From: Squalus acanthias
Lineage: Eukaryota
NCBI GenBank assembly: GCA_030390025.1
Contig: CM059427.1
Location: forward strand, 5,580,001-5,644,000
Direction: 5' to 3'
DNA length: 64,000 nt
Positions 10,835-23,165 of the stretch are shown here, piece by piece. The notes under the pieces were generated by a model, which saw only the letters and a program-made list of their open reading frames with translations, ran no database searches and had not been told where the DNA came from. A program made the position numbers and the translations under genes. Each line of letters begins with the position of its first letter. Within the stretch, counting starts at the first letter, position 1.

Positions 10835-12225
10835 TTCAGTGTCTTTGTATCAGGGAAAGGTAGAGGTGCTCCTACTCCGATCTTATTGAAAGTCCTGGGT
10901 ATTAACATCCACCCAGCAGCAGTGAAAGTATGATCAAAGGAACTTCCAATTTTGGTTGATTATCTGTTGGAGGATGCAGAGAAATCTATGCTGCAGAACT
11001 AGTGGGAAGAGAAACCATGGAGGAAATAGCAGATGAGGCATGGATTGTCCAGTGGAATGAAGAAATGATGAGCCACATTGACAGTTGTGAACATTATCCA
11101 CAAAATAATGGATTTCTATGTCAGTGTTTGGGTAATAGTGCTATAGCTAACCCAGAGCAAGGAAGGTGTTAAAGTAGAATGTTCAGGAGATGCTACAAAG
11201 TGTTCAGCACAATGAAGCTTTCGCAAGAGAGGGTATAGCTACTGGAACTGGTTATGATGCTGTCAGCCACTTGGATACCATCCTGACTACACTGAAGGAT
11301 TTTTGCATCGTTAAATATGTTAAGAAAATTGCAAGTTCCTTCCACATTATTAAGGACCAGGCTGACATTGAAATAATTAGGGTTAAAAACACACTTATTT
11401 TATGCCATAGGCATGTATCACATTTTCTTAAGGACTTCATTCTGCAATGAACAGAGACTGACATTCTACAAAATGTGTTGTCACTTGATATAAAGATTTT
11501 GCGAATAAACGCTGAGATCAGGACTTGACGATTAAGATAAATCTGATAATGACTGTAACCCAGTTAGCCCGATCTATCCAACCCAATGGAGAATAGCTCA
11601 CCTGCAAATTCACCAGAAAGGTTGAATTGCTGACCTAGATGCACGAATGTATCGAGGCCGAGCCAACATAGATAATGAAAATATCTGCTTGAAAGACTGC
11701 CTGTGGGTATTTTTATAAAACTGAAGCCTTCATTAAATGATAATGGTGAATTAATTAAACTCTGCCTGAATAGTATTTTCAGCTTGCCACATTTGGAGGC
11801 CAGCAGTGCCAATGAATACACAAACATGAACATGGCAAACATACAGATGCTTTACAATGAGACAATGGCCTCTCTACAAGATATTTTGAAGCAATTCTTA
11901 TTTTTGGATTTATCACCAAATAGGCTTCAGTCTATACTTAAGTACATGGAGAGATTCTGGGAGATTCTCTCACTGCTAAACTTACCTGACGAAGGAGCGA
12001 ACTGCTCCGAAAGCTTGTAAAATTAAATAAATCTGTTGGACTATAACCTGGTGTTGTGCGACTTCTCATTTAAGTACATGGAGATATGGATACAATGCAC
12101 AAAGGACCAAGAATGAGAAAAAGCAACAGGGACTATTTTACAGCTTCTGACATTTTACCTTGAAAAAACTGACATTGACAATAAGCTGCAATCCCATAAC
12201 TTGGGAGTTAATAATGGATGCACGG
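10835..12225 (+). pseudogene. MROH1: Intronless disabled copy of a maestro HEAT-like repeat protein gene (MROH1-like processed pseudogene fragment)
   Basis: Contiguous translation GKGRGAP..LLKVLGINIHP..WEEK..AWIVQ..FLCQCLG..QEMLQSVQHNEAFAREGIA..SHLDTILTTLKDF..KDQADIEIIRVKNTLILC..LKPSL..CLNSIFSL..LYNETMASLQDIL..LSPNRLQSILKYMEIWIQ..LLTFYLE..HNLGV parallels the central part of MROH1; several stops and frameshifts, no introns. The paralog assignment is uncertain. Confidence 0.8.
11953..12069 (+). mobile_element. Penelope-like element terminal fragment carrying a hammerhead ribozyme motif
   Basis: 117-bp insert flanked by the 15-bp direct repeat TTAAGTACATGGAGA (11938-11952 and 12070-12084); contains ctgacga-a-ggagc-gaact-gctcc-gaaa-gctt, then aataaa and tgttggactataacctggtgttgtg. 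Confidence 0.75.
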
Positions 12226-12329
12226 TGCTTTGAATGTAGGTACATCAATTATTGTAAGGGAAACACCCATTGAAAGCTTGCACATATTACTTTATATCCA
12301 ATTACACTTGGAATAGTTTCAAATGTATT

Positions 12330-12510
12330 CATCCCCTAGAGCCTGTTCCGCCATTTAATTAGAACATGGTTGATCTGCACCTCAACTCCATTTATCCGAC
12401 TTTGTTCCATATCCCTTGATACCCTTATCTAACAAAAATCTATCGATCGTAATCTTGAAAGTTTCCATTGACCCAGTATCCACAACCTTTTGGTGAGCAA
12501 GTTCCAGACA
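12330..12510 (-). mobile_element. CR1 3' UTR fragment
   Basis: gagcctgttccgccatttaattagaacatggttgatctg..cctcaactcca matches the CR1 tails at 14650 and 60770. Confidence 0.7.
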
Positions 12511-13844
12511 CCAAAGTTGGGCTAAATTACCATAATAGGCCTTTGTATGTGCACTGATATTGGCAAAATTCTGTCAAATTGCATGGCTTGGCAAGGCATT
12601 CTTTGATGTTCTTATACAGCAACTTTAAGTTATCCAATAAGTTTTGAGGTTGAACACTCTACTTTTCAAATTTTTTAAAGGACTTACTGACAAGCAATTC
12701 AACAGTTCCTGCACTGCATCTGTTATCATGAATGTCCTCATTAGAAAATGTGGAGCTACCCTTGCAGATGTCCCTGGAATACTATACACTCAGTGTAGTC
12801 AATTACTCAGCCACAAGTGACAAGTACAGTAGCACATTCTATCTCCATTCTGACTTTTCAGAATGTGCCAGTGGTTTTGTCCTGGCTCCATATGTACATT
12901 ATTCCATTTGACATGGAAATCACTAGCGAGATAATATGCTAGCCATATTGTCAATTAAATATTTACTGGATAACCTAAAGTTACTGTATGATAACAGCAA
13001 AGAATCCCTCGTCAGGAATGTGTCAAATTTAATGGCTCAGCAGGCGTCAGTTGTTATCCATGCTCCTCATGACATGGTATATAAACTTGATTAAGAAACA
13101 GTGAGAAGCATTTGACTGTCAATCCTATACAATGACACAGGTGCCTCCATTGTTATAAAGATAGAGTAACTCCATACACGATTTGTTTCACCCTGTTCAC
13201 TGTAGCTTCATTGCGACCTCCCTTACAGCAATTTGTACTATTTTTGCCTTCTACTGAAGATTCCCAACAGAATCAATACTTGGCTCAAATATTTAGTAAA
13301 CTTGGTGATGCAATCTGACCAGGACCTGTAATTGATTTGGTTTCCCATAATATATGTCCATATTGCATCTGTAACATTGACTGCACTGAGTACTGAACAT
13401 GATATTTTCTTTTGTAGGGTGAGCACATCAACGGTTTGTAAATAAGATTATCTTGATTCTTTCATTGGCAAGAGTTGTTTGCTGCCATTGAGTGAAGCTG
13501 TCTATTGCGGAATTCTGTTTCCCATGCTTCTTTAGTTGGTTTCATGTTCTTACTATTGTAATCAATATTCAACCAGCAAAAGAAAGAAACTTTCTCTTCG
13601 ACCAGATCCTCAAATTTCAATACCTCAATTTAAAGAGTTTGGTGTTTGAACCTTTAATGTTCAATTAATCTGCAGGAATTAGTAAAAATGTAAACTTGAT
13701 AATGTGTATTGAGTTCTCATCTTCTAAAATAATGGGATAAAATTAGCATCACTGATAAACACAACCCCACTGTACAGATGCATGCATCCCACCGGGTTTT
13801 ATTCCTTGGTGGTTTCCCTTCAATCTGGACATGCAGCTTTTCTT

Positions 13845-14260
13845 TACTCGGTCCTGGGATGTGGGCGTCGCTGGCAAGGCCAGCATTTATTGTCCATCCC
13901 TAATTGCCCTTGAGAAGGTGGTGGTGAGCCACGTTCTTGAACCACTGTAGTCTATGTGGTGAAGGTACACCCACAGTGCTGTTAAAGGGGGAGTTCCAGG
14001 ATTTTGTCCCAGCGACGATGAAGGAACGGTGATATATTTCCAAATCAGGATGGTGTGTGACTTGGAGGGGAACTTGGAGGTGATGATGTTCCCATGCGCC
14101 CGCTGCCCTTGTCCTACCAGGTGGTAGAGGTTGTGGGTTTGGGAGGTGCTGCTGAAAAAGCCTTGGCGAGTTGCTGCAGTGCATCTTGTAGATGGTACAC
14201 ACTGCAGCCACGGTGCACTGGTGGTGGAGGGAGTGAATGTTTAAGGTGCTAGATGGGAAC
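13845..14260 (-). mobile_element. 5'-truncated copy of the tRNA-headed LINE family (see 50575-55823)
   Basis: ORF 13900..14211 AAVCTIYKMHCSNSPRL..HHHLLKGN is nearly identical to the end of ORF 50636..51286; same tail. Confidence 0.9.
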
Positions 14261-14525
14261 AGGTTATTATAGATAGAAGTAGAGAGTATTATGAACTGGA
14301 TCTGAACTGCTTTTCAACCTACTGGGAGATCGCTAAGTTTGGTGTACAATTTTGCTTTGTCTGCGACAGGAAGAGAGCTTCCAATAAAGAATGGCTGAGT
14401 CACATGTTGTTGAATAAAACTTCCTGAGTACTACAGTAAGTGGCACTCCACCTGCTGCGAGTGGGAACATGCTGGGAGAGGAATTCACCTCGTAGTGCCC
14501 ATTCTTTGGGCAATTAATGATCTTT

Positions 14526-15970
14526 GGGGGACAAATTTTGGGTTGCGATTTCTTGCACCTGATCTTCCTTGGAAGTGCGCTGACAACCAATTGGAAGCCA
14601 ACACATAAGAACATAAGAAATTGGGGCAGGAGTCAGGCCATTTGGCCCTCGAGCCTGCTCCGCCATTCAATAAGATCATGGCTGATCTGGTCTTGGCCTC
14701 AACTCCACTTTCCTGCCCACTCCCCATAACCCTCGACTCCCTTATCGTTCAAAAATCTGTCTATCGCCACCTTAAATATACTCAATGACCCAGCCTCCAC
14801 AGCTCTCTGGGGAAGAGAATTCCAAAGATTCACGACCCTCTGAGAGAAGAAATTCCTCCTCATCTCAGTTCTAAAAGGGAGACCCCTTATTCTGAAACTA
14901 TACCCTCTAGTTCAAGATTCCCCCATGAGGGGAAACATTCTCTCTGTATCTACCCTGTCAAGCCCCCTCAGAATCTTATATGTTTCAATAAGATCACCTC
15001 TCATTCTTCTAAACTCCAATGAGTATAGGCCCAACCTGCTCAACCTTTCTTCATAAGACAACCCCTTCATCTCAGGAATCAACCTAGTGAACCTTCTCTG
15101 AGCTGCCTCCAATGCAAGTATATCCCTCCTTAAATAAGGAGACCAAAACTGTACGCAGTACTCCAGGTGTGGTCTCACCAACACCTTGTACAGTTGTTGC
15201 AAGACTTCCCTACTTTTATACTCCATCCCCCTTGCAATAAAGGCCAACATTCCATTTGCCTTCCTAATTACTTGCTGTACCTGCATGCTAACTTTTTGTG
15301 TTTCATTTACAAGGACCCCCAGATCCCTCTGTACTGCAGCATTTTGTAGTCTCTCTCCATTTAAATAATAATTTGCTTTTTTATTTTTCCTACCAAAGTG
15401 GATAACCTCACATTTTCCCACATTATACTCCATCTGCCAAGTTTTTGCCCACTCACTTAACCCATCTATATCCCTTTGCAGATTCTGTGTCCTCTTCACA
15501 ACTTGTTTTCCCACCTATCATTGTATCATCAGCAAAACTTTCCAAGTGTCCAAGGCACCCACCTGATACACATGTTAGGTGCCTTGAATATGCAATTAGG
15601 GTGCTACTGTTGATTTTAGGACCCCAATCGAAATTCATCATCAACTGGGCGGGGCTTGTGCCCTATTGATCCAGATCTTCAGCGTCCTAACCAGTGGTGT
15701 TTAAAGGGACCGCTGGAGGCTGCCGACAAAAAGGTAAGTGAAATTTATTATAGTTTTGTTTCTGTGGAGCCAGGAAAAGCAGGTGTGCTCCTCCTGGCTC
15801 CACAAAAATAGTGCGGGCTGCTGCCAGCCCAGGCTCACACTCTCCCCCTCCCAGGACCCAGTTGCATTCTGGCTTGACGTTGGCAAATTCCCTAAGGCCC
15901 TGACCGGCGAACTGCATCAGGATGTCCATAGGCAGACCCACGCCTTTTACGAACTGAAATTCCGAACTTC
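14526..15970. mobile_element. Harbinger-type MITE split by a CR1 insertion
   Basis: Starts gggggacaaatttt; internal gctcctcctggctccaca motif is shared with the MITEs at 7704 and 18160. Confidence 0.45.
14604..15535 (-). mobile_element. CR1 LINE, 5'-truncated
   Basis: ORF 14912..15514 ([50 protein letters not shown]), preceded by FADDT; (ttcttatg)n tail. Confidence 0.95.
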
Positions 15971-18159
15971 ATTTGTATTCAGTATGCACTTGCACTAGCA
16001 CAGATGATACTGATCCCATCAATATATATTGTAAAACTAGTGGGAGTTGGAACCTTTAGGACAGGACTACAATGGTCTTACAATACACCTGTATCGAGAG
16101 ACTCTTCTGTTGTCAGAACAAGTAGAAAATGGCAACATATGGTACCAGTTCTATACAGTAAATAAATATAAGAAAAAATAGTGAATAATCCTTTTTTTAA
16201 TGCATAACTAATTGTCATATTGTGAGAATTAAAACATAATATATAAAGCTTCAGTTTTTCAAACTTTTCAGATTTTCTACATAGATTTTTCAATATTCCT
16301 TCATGTTACTGTATTATATTTATTGCAGGTCCTCAATATAATGATATATTTGGATATATTTTCCAGATTGTGCTAATTTTGTAAAGTCTCAGGATGTAGG
16401 TATAACAAGCTAAATTACTAAATTCATTGCTTATTTATTCTACTTTCCTTTGGAGCCCTTAGTGCAGTGTTAGGTTTTGTGTTTAGCTAAAAGCTTGACT
16501 TCCTGTGGTTGCAGTAACTAGTGTCATGGGACTTTTATTTTTCTGTCAGATAACTGTATAAACAGAATCGGTATTTTGTGAAGTATTTACACTATTTCAG
16601 CATTTAAGACAAAGACTGACTAAAAACATTGCCAAACCCTCAAGGCATTTGAAACAAACACTGGTGGAAATTCCAACAGGTCTGTCGTGTTTAAGGCATG
16701 TTCGCAGTCTACTGAGTTCATTTATCATCTGAATCTGCCATTTGCTCTTCAGAAACCTGCACTTCCTCCATCTTGTGAACACAGACAGGAAAGGAAATGA
16801 GCTCCAGATTTAATAGCAATTCTTAGATTTCGAATAGACATATTGCTGGAAACCATGCAACTAGCAACATTTAGTGTAATAACATTCTAATGAAAATTAC
16901 ATAACTGCAGCATATTAAAAATGTAAAGGTCTAGGTAAAAATGACAATCAGATCTGCACTAAACTTTAATACTATATGATAATTTTAGTATGAATGTGTA
17001 GGCTGATATGTAACGTTAAGACTAGATTTAAGTGTGGCCCTTGCTGCATAACTGCAAACTGTTAAAGGCAATTACAAATGTATTAATCACTGCAACTAAA
17101 ACTATTTAAAAAAGTGTAATTCAGTAATAATTAATAGGGAGCACTTCATGCGACTAGCAGTATAGTTTTTTTTTCTAAGGTTATTAAGAGAAGTCAAGAT
17201 CGTGTTATTACAAATTACAAAGCATATTTACAGTGGTAAAAACAAAGGATATGTAAAAATTCTTAGTTAAAAAATACTTTCATGTATTGTATTCCAATGT
17301 TGCCTCCTAGTGCCTGAGTCAATGCCACTCTGGTCAGTTGCTGAAAAGTGACTGGAAATAAAACTGCTACCATCTACTAAGTACATCTGGTAAGTATCCA
17401 AATTATTAACTTACTTAAAATATTCTCAATTGCTTAAGTATGGAAAACAAATAGTTTTATTACACAGAATCTACAGGGTTAGAACTTTTCAAATATTTTT
17501 CTACCATTTCAGAATAATCTCATTATGTGCTCAGTACCACACCGTGTTGTGTGTTTATCATTCCAACTGTTCCTTTTTATTTCTGCAGCAGTTTGTCTAC
17601 TTTTTGAATATTGTTGTTTAAATGGCAGCATAATGTGGGACACTGGTTGCAAGAGGTTACTGAATCAGTGCTGTGTGGGAGCAAACTTTGATCAGTTGTA
17701 GTAAAAAAATAAACTAATTTTCTCAAACCAGCAGGCTGATTGAGAACCAGGGAAACTTAACTTCCAGCAGCTGTAGCAGAGATTAAATAAGAGCTTTGTG
17801 ATTTAAACATGCCCTACAATTTGTACTGGTGGACCACACAATCAGAACTATAGACTTTTAAAAAGTCCCCTGATGCTCCTCGGCCTCCACAATCTTCTTC
17901 AGCTGTGAGGGCTGGATCTTTCTATAACCACCATTAATTCCATGTTATGATCGTCTCAGCTGTGGTCGGCAAGTTCAGGGAACAAACAGCTGTACAAACA
18001 TCCAGTCTTGTAACCATTAGAGTGCTAGGCTACCCTTAAATATAATCATTTTAGTCGGTGTAAGCAAAGATTTTTCTGAAGAAAGATCTCAGCAAGCTTC
18101 CTCAACAGCTGAATGAGTCATGAATTACCCAGTGTGGTACAAAGCTCCAAGCTGGCGGG

Positions 18160-18617
18160 ATTGTCTTTAAATATGCTGGTCGGGCTCCGCTGGTGTGTCA
18201 TCGGGAGCCCGATCTGCAATTTCAACCTGACCAGTGACAGGCCATACCTGCTGGGAGCTGGATCGAAGGCCAGAAGAGGCCCAGCAAGGTGAGTTTAACA
18301 AAAAATAAGTTTCCTTGTGGACCTGGAACGCTTGCTCCTCCAGGCCCCACAAGGAAACCTTGAGCCTCCCTTGCCCCTGTCATCCACCCCCCACAGCCCC
18401 CTGCAATCGCGATCACTTCTGGAAACCCAAGTTTCACCACTGATATGACTGTTCCCGTGGGTCCTTGGTGGCTGCCTCCTGCCGTCTGAATCTCTTCCTC
18501 CGCCCGCCGGCCGGCCAGGTACTAATTTCTGCCTTATTTTTAAATGAGGCCCGCGAGTCAAAATCTCTCCAGGCCTCCCCCACGCACCTCTTCCGCCCCA
18601 ACTTAAAATCGAGGCCA
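18160..18617. mobile_element. Partial Harbinger-type MITE
   Basis: Ends aaaatcgaggcc followed by att; shares the gctcctcc.ggc.ccaca motif. Confidence 0.5.
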
Positions 18618-19069
18618 TTGCTTGCTCATCATTTGAGTTAGGCAGCTCTCTCTTGCACCTTTTAGGGAAGCTCAGGCCCAGCGTATCATTTGCTTTTAAT
18701 TTGAAGTTGAATTGTTCAATTTTCTTTTTCCGGCAGTCGGAAAAAAGAATTTAAAGAAATGAATTAATGATTTAACGTGGGTAATTGTAAGCATTTGTTT
18801 ATAAAACTAACTTCAGGCTCTATTCTCTTGTGCTTTCTCTAAAGTGAGATTCTTTACTTTTATCCAGGTTTGCTCGATACAATGGAATACCTATTGTTGA
18901 TACATATTCATGTAATAATTGAAATGTTCAAAAATGTCTACTTTTTTTTGCAATTCCACTAATGTGCTTATAGTACAATATTCAGAATCAGTAGACCATA
19001 CTATAAATTCCCTGTCCGCTATAGTATTTGTAATAAATTACACAAGTTTAAAAAATATAAGGCTCTCTT

Positions 19070-19400
19070 GTTGGCTCCAGTGAGCAGCTGAGCCATACAG
19101 ACCAGGAAAGTTGTGAGTCCTTATCTGTGCTGAGTTGGCTAATTTCAGCTGGGGTGGCAGCACGGTGCTACAAATTGCTTCAACACCCCTGGCTTAGGGA
19201 GGGAATATTAGTCAGTTCATGCTCCTTGTTGCTATCCAGTGTGTCTAGAAGTGTGTCTATATGCGGATGACAGATGAGGTTAGGATTGTAAATGGCTGTG
19301 ACGCCAACAATCATTAAGGTTCACACATGAACAACCCCCACTTGGGTAAGAAACTGGAGAATGTCTAATTCCCATTGAACACTACTTCAGCAAAGAGTTA
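19070..19400 (+). mobile_element. LF-SINE-like element
   Basis: agctgagccatacagaccaggaa..tctgtgctgagttggctaatttcagc..gctacaaattg..cccctggcttagggaggg..gctatccagtg. Confidence 0.65.
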
Positions 19401-19481
19401 ATGAGGCAATGCCTTCAGAAGAGGACAGAAAGGGGCAAAATTGACAAAAGTAATACATCGATAAAAATGGTATGTCTTAAC

Positions 19482-20085
19482 AATAACTTGAGTTTATATA
19501 GCGCCTTTATCGTAGTAGACTGTCCCAAGGTGCTTCGCAGGAGTGTTATCAAACAAATATGACACCGAGCCACATTAGGAGTTATTAGGACAGGTGACCA
19601 AAAGCTTGTTCAAGGAGGTAGGTTTTAAGGAGCGTCTTCAAGCAGGATAGAGAGGCGGAATTCCAGAGCTTGTGGGTCTAGGCAGCTGAAGGCACGGCCG
19701 CCAATGGTGGAGCGATGAAAATTGAGGATGCGTAAGAGGGCAGAATTGGAGGAGCGCAGAGATCATGGAGGATTGTTGGGTTGGCCGAGGTTACAGAGAT
19801 AGGGAGGGGCGAGGCCATGGAGGATGAGCATTTTAAAATCGAGGTGTTGCTGGACCAAACTGGAGCCAATGTAGGTCAGCGAGCACAGAGTTGATGGGTG
19901 AACAGGACTTGGTGCGAGTTAGTATACAGGCAGCAGAGATTTGGATGAGTTCAAGTTTACGGAGGAGGCAAGGTGGGGGGCCGGCCAGGAGAGCATTGGA
20001 ATAATCGAGTCTGGAGGTAACAAAGGCATGGATGAGGGTTTCAGCAGCAGATGAGCTGAGGCAGGGGTGGAGATGGGTGATGGTT
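19482..20085 (-). mobile_element. L2 LINE 3' end
   Basis: Reverse complement encodes LIHAFVTSRLDYSNALLAG..; tail aaggcgctatataaactcaagttattg; same family as 22582-23165. Confidence 0.85.
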
Positions 20086-20729
20086 ATGATGCAGGTTCAT
20101 GATTTATACAAGTAGTTAAAATGCAGCAGAATACTCTGGAATTAGATTCCCATTTTTCAGAAAAAGATATAGACCAGTTCCCATTCTCAGCTAGGGCATC
20201 AAGGGGAGAAACAGAGTGGAGACAAAACACTTGGAAGTCGGAAGAGAATTTTTGGGCATGAGTCACCCAGGACTATTTATATATACTTCGCAGCCAGTTA
20301 CCAAATGCCATAGCCAGACACCTTGAAGGCCCTGCCCACCTCTCATGGAAAACAAAACATAAATCCCCATTCTAGTTTGTTGAAGTAAGCATTACATAAT
20401 AGATTAAAAAAATAATTAGCAGATCTCCTGTGGTATTGTTATTGTAAGTTAGATGATATGTTTGTGACAGGATTGTGATACCTGCAAAGAAAAATGTATT
20501 ATTCTGCTGAGACTCAGAAGTAGACTTTGTCACTGTTCATCCTAACAGTGAATTGAAACTATGATGTTTTCTTTGTATGTGCTGATATCAGCAAACAAGG
20601 TTAAAAGACTAATTACGCTACACAGTTTACATTAACCATTCCATATCAACCACAAATTGTGTGGTGTAATTCAGGAAAAAAGGCCAGGAGGTAGTCTCAT
20701 ACCACTGCTGCTTCACATCCACATTAGTA

Positions 20730-21450
20730 TGTCCATGACCTGACCAGTGTAGCTGTGCCTTCATGATCAGAGCATCTATACTTGGTATGTCAGTTTTTTT
20801 TAAGAACTTCAGTGTCAGGGATCTTGTCTTGCCATCTGACCTTCATTAGTCATCTCAGGCAGCTTCGGTGAAAGTGATTCAGTTTCTTAATGTGGCGTGC
20901 ATATGTTGTCCAAGTTTCACAGGCATAAAGCAGGGTTGTCAGATTGACAGCCCTGTATACTTTGAACTTGGTCTGCAGGCCTCTCTTGTCCCAGAGTCGC
21001 TCATGGAGTTTGCCAAAAGCAAAGCTTCTGGTACGACTGTCTGATGAACGAATCCTGAAGAAGATCTTTAACGGCACATTGACAACTGGGAAGCAATCTC
21101 ATGGGCAGCAAAAGAGATATAAAGACTGCTTAAAGGTAACTCTGATACAGTGCAAAATAGGCGTTGATAAGTGGGAATAACTTGCTCAAGATAAGGAAGT
21201 ATGGTGAAAAACCATCCATGAAGGCACCTCCTACCAAGAGGCCCATTGCATTTCTGATGCTGAATGAAAACGCCAGCTGAGGGAGTCTCGTCTGAAAAAT
21301 CAAGATCCCCAACCTGGTGTATCTGGGATCCACTGTTCAATCTGTGAACGCTCATTCCTAGCAAAAATAGGCCTCATCAGTCAAGAAAGAACTCACTGCA
21401 GAAAATGAGATTTTGGTTGTTCTCTTCGATTTCGAAGGACGAACACCGAT
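20730..21450 (+). mobile_element. RTE-clade LINE 3' portion with a 5' inversion
   Basis: 20730-21027 on the - strand encodes AFGKL..KVYRAV.LTTLLYACETWT..RWQDKIPDTEVL..LHWSGH; 21028-21450 on the + strand encodes VRLSDERILKKIF..QKRYKDCLK..CSICERSFLAKIGLIS..TH*. Confidence 0.85.
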
Positions 21451-21597
21451 GTGTATAACTATAACATAGAGTAAAACTAAGCCTAAAAAGTTTTGAGATG
21501 GCTCCTTGGACTACCTAGGAATGTTTTAAACTTTTTTTTCTTTTACTCAACAATTTTCTCCCCTCCCTGCTCTCCTGAATGCACTCAGTCCGCTGTT

Positions 21598-21868
21598 AAC
21601 GATGCAGTCTTCTCTACATCAGGGAGACCAAACGTAGATTAGGTGATCGCTTTGCTGAACACCTCCATTCCATCCGCAAGAGCAACCCTGAGCTCCCTGT
21701 CGCTTGTCACTTAAATTCTCCATTCCACTCCCACTCTGACCTATCTGTCCTTGGCCTACACTGTTCCAGTGAAACTCAATGCAAGCTCAAGGCTTAGCAC
21801 CTCATCTTTATACTCCGCACTTTGCAGCATCTGGCATTAATACTGACTTCAACAACATCAGACTTTAA
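21598..21868 (+). mobile_element. Penelope-like element, GIY-YIG endonuclease remnant
   Basis: Translates CSLLYIRETKRRLGDRFAEHLHSIRK..ELPVACHLNSP.HSHSDLSVLGL..HLIF; a matching degenerate terminal repeat lies at ~23230-23310 after the SINE and L2 insertions. Confidence 0.85.
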
Positions 21869-22154
21869 CCTGAATGCTGGTGCTGGCCAAATAGGATGGG
21901 TGTACCTGCACTTCTAGGGATGGGGGGGAGCAGGTTGGTTCTTAAGATAGGGATCCCAATTCGGTACACTGCTGGCAGGGTGACCTGCACCTCTAGTCTT
22001 GACCTGCCATTTTCTTCCATCAGACTCCTGGTCCACTGGAGCCTGCTTTACTTTGGCAGGTTTTCATGCTCCCCCTCTCAAACTTGGCTAACCTGCTTTA
22101 ACTATTCACACAGTCACTGGGGGTCTCAAGTCTTTTATTTATCTGATGTCTCAC

Positions 22155-22475
22155 ATCATGCCTTTCGGATGAGACGTTAAACTGAGGCCCCGTCTGCTCT
22201 CTCAGGTGGATGTAAAAGATCCCGTGGCACTATTTCGAAGAAAAGCAGGGGAGTTATCTGTGGTGTCCTGGCCAATACTTAGCCCTCAACCAAGATAACA
22301 AAAACATTATCTGGTCATTATCACATTGCTGTTTGTGGGACCTTGCTGTGCGCAAATTGGCTGCCGCGTTTCCCATATTACAACAGTGACTCCACTTCAA
22401 AAGTACTTCATTGGTTGTAAAGCGCTTTGTGACGTCCGGTGGTCGTGAAAGGCGCTATATAAATGCAAGTTTTTC
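22155..22475 (+). mobile_element. Deu-domain SINE, 5'-truncated
   Basis: ctttcggatgagacgttaaac..gatcccgtggcactatttcgaag..gaaaggcgctatataaatgcaagt. Confidence 0.9.
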
Positions 22476-22581
22476 TTTTCCTGTTGCCTTAGGCTATTTT
22501 TTACTCCTGTCAGTTTGCCATCTCCTGTTCTCCACCTAATCAATTTAATACTGTTCATTCTTTTTCTGTTCTTGTGTTCTC

Positions 22582-23165
22582 ATCATGCCTTTGTTACCCC
22601 CAGACTTGACTATTCCAATGCTCTCCTGGCTGGACTCCCACCTTCCATCCTCTGTAAACTTGAGGTCATCCAAAACTGCTGCCCGTATCCTAACTCCCAC
22701 CAAGTCCCGTTCACCCACCAACCCTGTGCTCGCTGACCTACATTGGCTCCCAGTCCGGCAACACCTCAATTTTAGAATTCTCATCTTTGTGTTCATATAC
22801 CTGCATGACCTCACCCCTCCCTATCTCTGTTAACAACTCCAGCCGTGCAATCCTCCGAGATCTCTGCAATCCTCCAATTATGGCCTCCTGCGCGTCCCTG
22901 ATATTATTCACCCCATCATTGGCGGCCGTGCCTTCAGCTGTGTAGGCCTCATGCTCTGGAATTCCCTCGCTAAACCTCTCCGCCTCTCTAACTCTCTTTC
23001 TCCTCCTTTAAGTCACTCCTTAATACCTACTACTTTGACCAATCTTTTGGTCACCTGTCCTAATATCTCTTTATTTGTCTCGGCGCCAAACTGGTCTGAT
23101 AACGCTCCTGTAAAGCACCTTGGGATGTTTTTACTATGTTAAAAGCGCGATATAAATGCAAATTG
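22582..23165 (+). mobile_element. L2 LINE 3' end
   Basis: HAFVTPRLDYSNALLAGLP..AARILT..PVLADLHWLPVRQ; L2-type tail. Confidence 0.9.
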
